From Candidatus Yanofskybacteria bacterium (GTDB lineage: Bacteria; Patescibacteriota; Minisyncoccia; 2-02-FULL-40-12; GWA2-44-9): a stretch of DNA of 64,000 bases. Below the pieces are notes generated by a model. That model ran no database searches, was not told where the DNA came from, and saw only the letters and a list, made by a program, of their open reading frames with translations. The stretch covers positions 14,420 to 78,419 of the forward strand of contig JADLBM010000014.1 in the NCBI GenBank assembly GCA_020847715.1, in the 5' to 3' direction. A program made the position numbers and the translations under genes. Of the stretch, positions 57,431 to 64,000 are shown piece after piece (position 1 is the first letter of the stretch; the number at the start of each line of letters is the position of its first letter).

Positions 57431-58030
57431 ATGGATCCCTCCTTTGAACGTATCGCAAAACTCCTTCAGACACTCCCCGGCGTCGGCCCGCGCGCGTCGG
57501 TGCGGCTCGTGCTCGCGCTCCTCGACCGCCCACAGGCACAGCTCGACGAGCTGGGGAGCGCCATTAGCCAGCTCAAAGAGCGCGTTCGCCAGTGCACCGA
57601 GTGCTTCAATGTGAGCGAGGACGAGCTGTGTGGTATCTGCCGCGACCGGCGACGGGACGCCCGCTCGCTACTGGTCGTCGAGAAAATCACCGATCTGCAA
57701 TCCGTCGAGCGCGCCGGACTCTGGCGCGGCCTCTACCATGTCCTCGGCGGCGCCATTTCGCCGGTGGATGGCGTAGGACCGGAACACCTCCGCATTCGCG
57801 AGCTCACCGAACGCGTCGACCGCTTTGTCCAGCAAGCAGGGGCCGTGGAAATCGTCCTCGCCACGAACCCGACCTCCTCGGGAGAAATGACCGCACTCTA
57901 CATTCGCGACCTCTTCGCACGCGTCCCGGGCATCAAGGTCACGCGCCTTGCCCGCGGACTTGCGACCGGCACGCATCTCGAATACGCCGACGAAATCACG
58001 CTGAAGCATGCGCTCGACAGTCGGAAGTAG
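57431..58030 (+). CDS. recR: recombination protein RecR
   Basis: LPGVGPRAS HhH, CTECFNVSEDELCGIC zinc finger, Toprim domain. Confidence 0.9.
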   Translation: MDPSFERIAKLLQTLPGVGPRASVRLVLALLDRPQAQLDELGSAISQLKERVRQCTECFNVSEDELCGICRDRRRDARSLLVVEKITDLQSVERAGLWRGLYHVLGGAISPVDGVGPEHLRIRELTERVDRFVQQAGAVEIVLATNPTSSGEMTALYIRDLFARVPGIKVTRLARGLATGTHLEYADEITLKHALDSRK

Positions 58031-58060
58031 CCTCAGCGCAGGCAACCAAGAAGCAGATGA

Positions 58061-58145
58061 CCGGGCATGAAGGGAGTCAGTTGCTGTACCAAAGCCGAGC
58101 GGACAGCGACGGCGACGTTACGCACTCTGACGAGCGCATGCCCGG
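58061..58145 (+). repeat. copy 2 of the conserved ~60-nt structured element, enclosed by a perfect 9-bp outer stem ccgggcatg/catgcccgg
   Basis: Core identical to 11421..11480 apart from a 2-nt indel and 2 substitutions. The outer stem differs from copy 1 but remains complementary. Confidence 0.6.
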
Positions 58146-58189
58146 CCATCTGCGCACTCGGATCAATACATGCAGATAGTGCAACATAA

Positions 58190-58213
58190 CAAAACGCCCC
58201 TGTCGGGGCGCTG
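58190..58213 (-). terminator. terminator of rplU on the minus strand (gcgcccc-gaca-ggggcg + TTTTGTT)
   Basis: Hairpin plus T-run when read on the minus strand. Confidence 0.55.
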
Positions 58214-58215
58214 TG

Positions 58216-58533
58216 TTATTTTGCGGAGATCTTCGTGATTTTCACTTTCGTGAACGGCTGACGATGACCCTTCTTCTTGTGGTAGCGGGTCTTTGCTTTG
58301 TAGCGGAAGACCATCTTCTTCTCGCCTTTGCCCTCGGCAACCACCGTCGCGGCGACCGTTGCGCCCTCGATGAACGGCTGACCGATGACGGCCTTCTTCT
58401 CGGTCGCGATCAGAAGCACCTCGTCGAAGACGACTTTGTCGCCCTCGTGTTCGAGCTTCTCAATCTCAAGCTCAAGTCCTTCGTGGACGATGTACTGCTT
58501 CCCGCCGGTTTTGATGACAGCAAACGTAGTCAT
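58216..58533 (-). CDS. rplU: 50S ribosomal protein L21
   Basis: MTTFAVIKTGGKQYIVHEG…, canonical L21. Confidence 0.95.
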   Translation of the reverse strand: MTTFAVIKTGGKQYIVHEGLELEIEKLEHEGDKVVFDEVLLIATEKKAVIGQPFIEGATVAATVVAEGKGEKKMVFRYKAKTRYHKKKGHRQPFTKVKITKISAK

Positions 58534-58608
58534 GATGAGATGAAAAATGCCTGAATATCCTAGCAGAAACGCAAAATACTGTCAATTCCCGCCCCATCGG
58601 AGAAGATA

Positions 58609-58640
58609 TTGACCTCCATTGTATATGTGGTATAATGGGT
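58609..58640 (+). promoter_or_regulatory. strong sigma70-like promoter (TTGACC-16-TGgTATAAT, extended -10)
   Basis: Near-consensus -35, a TG-extended -10, ~40 nt before the SD/ATG at 58679. Confidence 0.5.
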
Positions 58641-58678
58641 CATCGCAGTTTGAAAATCAACACAAAACCGGAGGGTTC

Positions 58679-59452
58679 ATGAGGCAGGACTTGGCGCACA
58701 CGTTGAAGGACGTCGCCGGTCGGCGGTACACGCCGCACAAGAGCGGGTGGACCCCTGACCCCGCGCTGCTGGGCGAGGTTGACCTCGAACTCCTCGAGGG
58801 CGTGGACGAGTCCCCCCGTCGCATCCCCATGCGGCCGCGCATGCGCTCCCACGAGGCGCGCCGCAGCGGTTTCCGCTTCGGAGTGCTGCAGCGTGGGCTC
58901 GCCGCCCAGGTGGGCCGCCCGTGGAACGAGGTGTTCAGCGAACTCCTCGAAAAGCTCCCCGGTGACCGCGTCTGGGACATCCGGGAGGCCATCGGTTGGG
59001 CGGTGCAGACCAACTGCCGCCTCGCCAGCGACGGGTCCGTGTGCTGGACGAGGGACGGCCACCAGTGGTGGCCTGTGCGCGGCATGTACGTGCACCCCGA
59101 GACCGGCATCCTCTGCGAGGCCACGCCTCCCGCGAAGCCGGTCCGACTGCCGAAGGTGGTCAACCCGCTCACGGGCACGATGATGGAGGGCGCGTGGGCC
59201 CGCGACAACTACCGTCCCATCGACAAGAGCCGCTTCGCCCAGCGTGAGAACGGCATCTGGTACATCTACCAGGTCGCCGTGCACGCCCCCACGGACACGT
59301 ACGCGACCCGCTGGGACTGGCGGAACGACCGCGAGCAGGTCATCACCTACGGAGAGGTGCCCGCCGTGGACCGGCGGTACATCGCCTCCAAGAAGCAGGC
59401 CTGCCGCCGCCGACTCCGCGTCCTCGGGGTTCGCAACGACCCCGCGGCCTAG
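58679..59452 (+). CDS. hypothetical protein (257 aa, Arg/Trp-rich)
   Basis: SD CCGGAGGG before the ATG. Own promoter and terminator (59461..59495). No recognisable motif. Confidence 0.5.
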   Translation: MRQDLAHTLKDVAGRRYTPHKSGWTPDPALLGEVDLELLEGVDESPRRIPMRPRMRSHEARRSGFRFGVLQRGLAAQVGRPWNEVFSELLEKLPGDRVWDIREAIGWAVQTNCRLASDGSVCWTRDGHQWWPVRGMYVHPETGILCEATPPAKPVRLPKVVNPLTGTMMEGAWARDNYRPIDKSRFAQRENGIWYIYQVAVHAPTDTYATRWDWRNDREQVITYGEVPAVDRRYIASKKQACRRRLRVLGVRNDPAA

Positions 59453-59460
59453 AGCTTCCC

Positions 59461-59495
59461 GCCCCCGCTCCGACACTTGGAGCGGGGGCCTTTCA
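59461..59495 (+). terminator. terminator (gcccccgctcc-gacactt-ggagcgggggc + ctttc)
   Basis: 11-bp perfect stem. Confidence 0.55.
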
Positions 59496-59563
59496 ATTGA
59501 CGCACGCCGCTTAGCTGTGCCAGAATATGCCGCTACGAGAGCTCATTCATAAAGGAGACAGCA

Positions 59564-60520
59564 GTGAACATGGAATATCGCCACGAGCGTCTGGGAGCCA
59601 TTCAGGGCGTCCTCTGGCGAACGATGGCGCTCAACCTGACCGTTGCCGTCCTCAAGACCGTCGGCGGACTGGTAACGGGCATCACGGCTATCTGGGCTGA
59701 CGGCCTACACAGCATTGGCGACTCCCTGAGCAACATCGTCGGCTTGCTCGGCGTTCGCCTCGCGCGGCGCGAGCCAGACGAGGAGTACCCGTACGGATAC
59801 GACAAGTTCGAATCCATCGCGACCCTCGTTATCACGGGCATCATTTTCGTGACACTCTTCGAGGTCATTCGAGCAGGCATTGCGCGTCTGCGTGAGCCCA
59901 GCGATGCAATCGTGAACGGAACAACCATCGCCCTGCTCGTGTCGTCGATGACCATCAACCTCTTCGTGGTCTGGTACGAGGGACGGGCTGGGAAGCGCCT
60001 GAAGTCGGAACTCCTGATTGCGGACTCCAACGAAACAAAATCCGATGTCTTCGTGACGCTGGGCATCCTCTCGGGCGTGAGCACCATGGCGATATTCCCC
60101 GCCCTTGCATGGCTCGACGGTGTTCTGACCCTCTTGGTTGCGTGTGCCATCGGACACGTCATCTACGAAATCGTTACCAGCACCGCACGCGTTCTGGGTG
60201 ACGCGCAAGTCGTAGACCCACGCCGAGTGCACGCCATCGCCACGGCAGTCCCCGGCGTACAGTTTTGCCACGCCATTCGGAGCCGTGGCCGCGAGACGGG
60301 GTTCTACCTCGACCTCCACATCGGCGTTGAGCCGACCATCACCATCGAGGAGGCGCACGACGTTGTGTGCCATAACGTGAAACGCGCCCTCTACGACACG
60401 TTCCCCGAGCTCAAATCGGCGCACATCCACATCGAGCCCAACAATGAGAAGGGACGCACCCGCGAGGGCAGCGTCTTCGCCACTCGTGATCCGTACGGAC
60501 ACAACGGCAACGGCATCTAG
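59564..60520 (+). CDS. cation diffusion facilitator (CDF) family metal efflux transporter
   Basis: Six TM helices with the HSIGDSLSN motif and a cytoplasmic C-terminal domain. Confidence 0.85.
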   Translation: MNMEYRHERLGAIQGVLWRTMALNLTVAVLKTVGGLVTGITAIWADGLHSIGDSLSNIVGLLGVRLARREPDEEYPYGYDKFESIATLVITGIIFVTLFEVIRAGIARLREPSDAIVNGTTIALLVSSMTINLFVVWYEGRAGKRLKSELLIADSNETKSDVFVTLGILSGVSTMAIFPALAWLDGVLTLLVACAIGHVIYEIVTSTARVLGDAQVVDPRRVHAIATAVPGVQFCHAIRSRGRETGFYLDLHIGVEPTITIEEAHDVVCHNVKRALYDTFPELKSAHIHIEPNNEKGRTREGSVFATRDPYGHNGNGI

Positions 60521-60530
60521 CGTTCCCCAC

Positions 60531-60558
60531 AGCGCGCCCATCCAAAAGGATGGGCGCT
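60531..60558 (+). terminator. terminator (gcgcccatcc-aaaa-ggatgggcgc + T5)
   Basis: 10-bp perfect stem plus T-run after the CDF gene. Confidence 0.6.
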
Positions 60559-60564
60559 TTTTGT

Positions 60565-60651
60565 TTGGCGCTCTCGCGTCCCCTTCAAATCCAACAGGGT
60601 CACGATACCAAAACACCGCCCGTGCGGGTGGTGTTTTGGTATTTGTAGCCC
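60565..60651 (+). repeat. left direct repeat (R1) of the islet: TTGGCGCTCTCGCGTcCCCTTCAAATCC, then a 15-bp hairpin, then tATTTGTAGCCC
   Basis: Matches 63128..63227 (R2) in order and sequence: 27/28 identity in block 1, analogous hairpin, identical 11-nt tail shared with the tRNA 3' end. Confidence 0.55.
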
Positions 60652-60867
60652 TGGCGATGCGTTATCAAAACCCCTCATGAAGCTGGTCCAGGATCTCACA
60701 GCACTCGCCCAGAGGAGGCACTATACCCTGTAAAGCCTCCGAAATCAAGCATTAAACCCACTCCCACCCGTTTGTAAAACCTGTCTCCTCTGATAGAAAT
60801 CGCAGGTGTGCTAGCCCTGTCCATACAGGGCTTTCCTTATGGAATGGAAAGAGTACTATGTAGTGGT

Positions 60868-61122
60868 ATGTCCAACCCAGAGACAAACCGCGATGAGCGC
60901 GAAATACTAGCCAGCATCGATGCGAAGCTCACTGCGCTTTTGTCTGTAGCGCTCCGCTGTAATTCCGACGTAGTAGATAGGGTGAGCGTAGCAAGCGCAA
61001 AGAATGTTGGCTTCCTTACCTCTTGTGGGCTTTCCATTGAGGAGGTGGCAGCCGTGCTCGGAACTACCAAAGATAGCGCACGCAAGATACGTGATAACAA
61101 TAAAAAGAATGGCAAAAAGTAA
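60868..61122 (+). CDS. small HTH protein (sigma-70 region-4/LuxR-like), paralog 1
   Basis: C-terminal GLSIEEVAAVLGTTKDSARKIR plus a Lys-rich tail (…NGKK). Start re-set to MSNPETN. Confidence 0.45.
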   Translation: MSNPETNRDEREILASIDAKLTALLSVALRCNSDVVDRVSVASAKNVGFLTSCGLSIEEVAAVLGTTKDSARKIRDNNKKNGKK

Positions 61123-61306
61123 GACCGTGTCCAATCCCGAGACACTGATTGAAAAAACGCTAGAGGAAATAAAGCGCCTGCTTGTGTTGCAGCTTTCCAG
61201 CGCCAATGTCTCCAACGATGACATCGGTGCTGCGTTGGGCGTTTCTTACAAAACCGTTGAACGCATGCTCCCCAAAAAGGGTCGTGCGAAGAAGCGCGAT
61301 TAACCA
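61112..61306 (+). CDS. small HTH protein, paralog 2 (64 aa)
   Basis: NVSNDDIGAALGVSYKTVERML HTH. Its ATG is embedded in the NGKK codons of paralog 1 (ATGGCAAAAAG). Below the ORF-track cutoff in its own frame; read by eye. Confidence 0.4.
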
Positions 61307-61308
61307 TT

Positions 61309-61563
61309 ATGGCAAAGCCCCTAACACTCGAGGACATCGACATGCGCTTGCGCCAGCTGGCATTCCTGCTCGCGCAGCAGACGCTCGTGTCTTCGCTCAA
61401 AGAGGCAAAGCAGCGCGAGAAAATCGCATTTCTTAGCTGTGCAGGCCTTAGTAATGAAGACATAGCCGTGCTGCTTGGCACTACACCTCGCACTGTAACC
61501 GTCGAGTTGTCCGTACTACGGACAGCCGCCAAGAAGCCGAATGGCAAAAAGGCTAAATCCTAA
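61309..61563 (+). CDS. small HTH protein, paralog 3 (84 aa)
   Basis: GLSNEDIAVLLGTTPRTVTVELSVLR HTH plus an …NGKKAKS tail. Similar length and layout to paralog 1. Confidence 0.5.
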   Translation: MAKPLTLEDIDMRLRQLAFLLAQQTLVSSLKEAKQREKIAFLSCAGLSNEDIAVLLGTTPRTVTVELSVLRTAAKKPNGKKAKS

Positions 61564-62266
61564 TATTGTCGAGAAACTTGTAGAGCACACGGGCTACACC
61601 GAGCAAAGCGTGCGTAACGCTATCACCGCAATACGTAAAGAACACGGGTTTACGGCTACCACGCTGAATGGCGCCGCCCATGAATATGCGGGGCGGAAAG
61701 GTACTACCATTTGGCGCATGCTGGACGACGAGGATAGGGCCAGCATACCCAATATCGCCCCTGCAGTGCAGACCGTTGTGGTCAGTAAGAAAAGTGGGAA
61801 AGCTATAACCAATGTCAAGCCTAGCGTCGTTGTACTTACCTATGCAACAACCGACTCTTTTGGCCAGAAGCATGTAGAGGAAGCAAACCGTGCTTATAAC
61901 GCACAGTGCTACACCGCCGCATTCATTTTGTGTCGCAAGATTTTTGAGAATCTCATCATAAACGACCTTTTACTAAAACAGTTCCCTGATAAAAATGCCG
62001 CCAACCGAGCGCTGTACTACAACGAGGCCCAATCTCGTTTCAAGGACTTCTCCGAGATAGTAGATAATCTGTATAAGCAGCGCCTATCCTTTCCGGTGGC
62101 ATGCAGAAAACCTATCGAGCGACTACAAACCAAGCTGGGAGTGTTCATGGGCGGTGCTAATGACTATACGCATTCGTGGTATCACATCTGCGATAAAGCG
62201 GAATTCGATAAGGCTGACGTGCAACAAATAGCCGATCTGATTAGCACAATAGCTGCCGGCATATAA
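61541..62266 (+). CDS. hypothetical protein (241 aa); C-terminal half possibly DUF4145/HEPN-like
   Basis: Its start is nested in the NGKK codons of paralog 3 and its N-terminus resembles paralog 2 (MAK…NPxxxEK). The C-terminal AFILCRKIFENLI…GGANDYTHSW loosely resembles DUF4145. Confidence 0.45.
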   Translation: MAKRLNPNIVEKLVEHTGYTEQSVRNAITAIRKEHGFTATTLNGAAHEYAGRKGTTIWRMLDDEDRASIPNIAPAVQTVVVSKKSGKAITNVKPSVVVLTYATTDSFGQKHVEEANRAYNAQCYTAAFILCRKIFENLIINDLLLKQFPDKNAANRALYYNEAQSRFKDFSEIVDNLYKQRLSFPVACRKPIERLQTKLGVFMGGANDYTHSWYHICDKAEFDKADVQQIADLISTIAAGI

Positions 62267-62429
62267 GTTCAGCGTGAGCCGCACTCAGGGTGCGCTTCAA
62301 GGCACAATGCTGTTTACAATACCCTACTCGTAGGGCATAATTAGGATACAATTCATCGCCTAAACCTGCAGAGACGGCTCGGCGGGCATGGCGCAAAAGG
62401 ACTCCACGCGGCAACCCTAATATACGGAC

Positions 62430-62972
62430 ATGAAAGAAGGTGCGTACAAAGCAGCAATAAGCATCCTGGCGCTAGGCCTAGCCGCCTCAATCTATGTGGG
62501 GATTCAAGCCTCGCGTATTGAAAATCAGATCTCCCTCCCAAGCTTCGGCTATCACGACCTAAGAGAGTATGGATACGATGTTATCTCGGTAAGTGGAACG
62601 CTCGCTGGAGTGGAGGGCGGGAACATTGCCAACAGACTCAACACGAACGAGTTTACCTGCAACCGAGCAACTGGAACATGTCGCCTCGCTCAGGCCGAGA
62701 TAGGCTCTGGAGGCTTTCTATGGGTATATGCTGAGACTTTTGATATAGCATCCTGGGATTCAAACTTTGTTGTATTCAAAACGCAGCCAGGCAGCCTCGC
62801 CTGCGCCGCGTGGACATATCGCATCGACCGCATTAAAAAGGAGCTCATCGGTATCCGCGAGAAAGCAAACGGCTACGATAGCGATCGCTGTGCAGGCGTC
62901 GGACTCGAAAAATTTTCCGTCAAAATCATTGATGGGTTCGACGCCTCTGAGAAGATTCGGAAATCGAAGTAG
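62430..62972 (+). CDS. hypothetical secreted/membrane-anchored protein (180 aa)
   Basis: N-terminal hydrophobic anchor. Four Cys. No recognisable family. Confidence 0.45.
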   Translation: MKEGAYKAAISILALGLAASIYVGIQASRIENQISLPSFGYHDLREYGYDVISVSGTLAGVEGGNIANRLNTNEFTCNRATGTCRLAQAEIGSGGFLWVYAETFDIASWDSNFVVFKTQPGSLACAAWTYRIDRIKKELIGIREKANGYDSDRCAGVGLEKFSVKIIDGFDASEKIRKSK

Positions 62973-62980
62973 CGCCTCAT

Positions 62981-63003
62981 TGCCCCGACGGGGTTCCTGC
63001 AGG
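62981..63003 (-). other. tRNA-derived fragment (CCCCGACGGG+GTTCCTGC = tRNA 3' acceptor and anticodon-stem segments, T-loop deleted)
   Basis: An 11-mer and an 8-mer identical to segments of the tRNA at 63221..63259, in the same orientation, ~220 bp from the tRNA. Confidence 0.4.
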
Positions 63004-63127
63004 CATGAAGCAGTTCATGCCCTCGGATACCCTTCAAATCCATGCGACGGGATTTCTCTTCCTCCGCCACTCTCGGGTCGCTTCACGACAACCTCCGTGG
63101 CTTCCCCAGAGCCCGGGTCTCTCGAAC

Positions 63128-63227
63128 GCCAAGCAGTTGGCGCTCTCGCGTACCCTTCAAATCCCGAGGGGTTCAATATACGAAAAGACATCCACATGTA
63201 TGGATGTCTTTTCGTATTTGTAGCCCC
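63128..63227 (+). repeat. right direct repeat (R2): TTGGCGCTCTCGCGTaCCCTTCAAATCC, a 14-bp hairpin (cgaaaagacatcca/tggatgtcttttcg), then tATTTGTAGCCCC running into the tRNA 3' end
   Basis: See R1. The hairpin also serves as the tRNA's terminator when read on the minus strand. Confidence 0.55.
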
Positions 63228-63295
63228 GACGGGATTTGAACCCGTGTTCCTGCGCTGAGAACGCAATGTCCTAGACCAGGCTAGACGACAGGGCC
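63221..63295 (-). tRNA. tRNA, read as tRNA-Glu (anticodon CUC); 75 nt, no encoded CCA
   Basis: Cloverleaf folded by hand on the minus strand. Acceptor GGCCCUG/CGGGGCU (two G-U). U8, A14. D-stem GUCU/GGAC with an 11-nt D-loop containing GG. Anticodon stem UUGCG/CGCAG, loop UUCUCAG (U33, A37). 4-nt variable loop. T-arm ACGGG-UUCAAAU-CCCGU. Discriminator A. Confidence 0.6.
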
Positions 63296-63349
63296 AAGCG
63301 GTGTATCATTATAACCCGTCTGGACAGGTTTTGCAAATAGGAGGGTTCC

Positions 63350-63796
63350 GTGAAGGTCATCTTCCTGGACATTGATGGCGTGATGAACCGACGAGACACC
63401 GCGCCCCGCACGCGCTCTGCCGGATTCGACCCCGTTCCCATCAGCTGTCTCAACGAGATACTGGCGGCGACCGGTGCGAGCATCGTGGTCACGGGCGCTC
63501 TCGGGCGCGCGATGTACCTCGACGACCTCAAGCTCTTTTTCCAGCATTCCGGCATCTCGGGAGACGCAATCATCGGCGTGACCGAATTCGGAGGCGGAAC
63601 TCGCGGCGAAGACATCACCGCATGGCTCGACGAGCATCCGGACCATCGTGAGTACTACATCGTCATCGATGACGCGGGAATCGAAGATATCAGACCGCAC
63701 GGAAGCCGCTTCATCAAGACCGACTGGAACACGGGACTCACTCCGGCCTGCATCCCGCACGCCGTTCGCCTCCTCAACCGCAAGCGCCACCTCTAA
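63350..63796 (+). CDS. HAD-like hydrolase (polynucleotide 3'-phosphatase/HAD-family)
   Basis: N-terminal VIFLDIDGVMN (DxDGV motif I). GTG start with SD AGGAGGG. Confidence 0.5.
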   Translation: MKVIFLDIDGVMNRRDTAPRTRSAGFDPVPISCLNEILAATGASIVVTGALGRAMYLDDLKLFFQHSGISGDAIIGVTEFGGGTRGEDITAWLDEHPDHREYYIVIDDAGIEDIRPHGSRFIKTDWNTGLTPACIPHAVRLLNRKRHL

Positions 63797-63833
63797 GGTG
63801 GCGCCGTTTTTCGCTCAAACCCCTTCTACTCTT

Positions 63834-64000
63834 CTACTTGGAGAGCCAGCGAGCCGATTGCCGAACCAGCAGCTGCGGTGCCCGTTGTGGTTCTGCCATG
63901 ATCTCGCGCACGATGCGTTCCATGCGGACGCCTTGGCTCCCCTTCACAAGAATGATGTCGCCACTCCGAATGAGCTTCTGCACTTCCGGCGCCGCAGTTG
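63834..64000 (-). CDS. partial (3' end) Mur-ligase family protein, MurF-like C-terminus
   Basis: Minus-strand frame ends …IRSGDIILVKGSQGVRMERIVREIMAEP…, resembling the Mur ligase C-terminal domain. Gene continues beyond the window end. Confidence 0.5.
   Translation of the reverse strand, partial: TAAPEVQKLIRSGDIILVKGSQGVRMERIVREIMAEPQRAPQLLVRQSARWLSK

Larger units (their letters stand above)
60565..63227 (+). mobile_element. putative tRNA-associated integrated islet (~2.6 kb, lower GC, bounded by direct repeats R1/R2; no integrase)
   Basis: Drop in GC. Flanking ~90-bp direct repeats. Right boundary at the tRNA 3' end. An internal tRNA-3'-end-derived fragment at 62981..63003. Confidence 0.4.

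Noticed and set aside
63023-63166. Reading the three CCCTTCAAATCC motifs as T-loops of plus-strand tRNA pseudogenes
   Set aside because: The preceding five nucleotides cannot pair with the following ones (no T-stem) and no acceptor or anticodon arms are evident. They are treated as att/repeat motifs instead.
62767-63258. 163-aa plus-strand ORF across the islet's right end
   Set aside because: Ser/Arg/Pro-rich. It runs through the direct repeat, the hairpin and into the tRNA gene, so it is non-coding.

Overview
This is a high-GC (~65%) bacterial chromosomal segment, densely coded on both strands. Several proteins look streamlined (a short AlaS, an RpoA without the alpha-CTD, a PriA whose ATPase motifs are degenerate, a short DnaJ), which by inference suggests a reduced-genome lineage; I cannot name the taxon from sequence alone. 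The recognisable core content is:

- **Housekeeping:** pyrD, a DksA-like zinc finger, alaS, dus, and a UvrD-helicase/Cas4-type nuclease fusion.
- **Ribosomal cluster:** infA-rpmJ-rpsM-rpsK-rpsD-rpoA-rplQ-rplM-rpsI.
- **Envelope and polysaccharide:** mreB plus a glycosyltransferase / O-antigen-ligase-like / LCP cluster, then ctpA, rplI, rpmA, an M23 peptidase and gltX.
- **Replication and translation factors:** priA-like, def, fmt, efp.
- **Heat shock:** an hrcA-grpE-hsp20-dnaK-dnaJ operon with a CIRCE operator.
- **Others:** an NRAMP transporter (mntH), cysS, dnaB, recR, rplU, a CDF transporter, one tRNA (read as Glu-CUC) and a partial murF-like gene.

Four non-core things stand out:

1. A roughly 5.5 kb run of small single-gene cassettes (17.9-23.4 kb). 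Each has its own GGAGGTG Shine-Dalgarno and a near-identical terminator, and the run includes a ~300-nt structured non-coding region.
2. A conserved ~60-nt structured element present in two copies (11.4 kb and 58.1 kb) whose outer stems differ in sequence but stay complementary.
3. A low-GC ~2.5 kb islet (60.6-63.2 kb) flanked by ~90-bp direct repeats, ending at the 3' end of the tRNA. It carries three tandem paralogous small HTH genes with nested start codons and tRNA-derived scars, but no integrase.
4. An adjacent DEDD-exonuclease / PD-(D/E)xK-nuclease gene pair.

Coordinates of re-called starts may be off by 1-3 nt. Short genes (under 60 aa, or with GTG/TTG starts) were called by eye from the sequence and are lower confidence.
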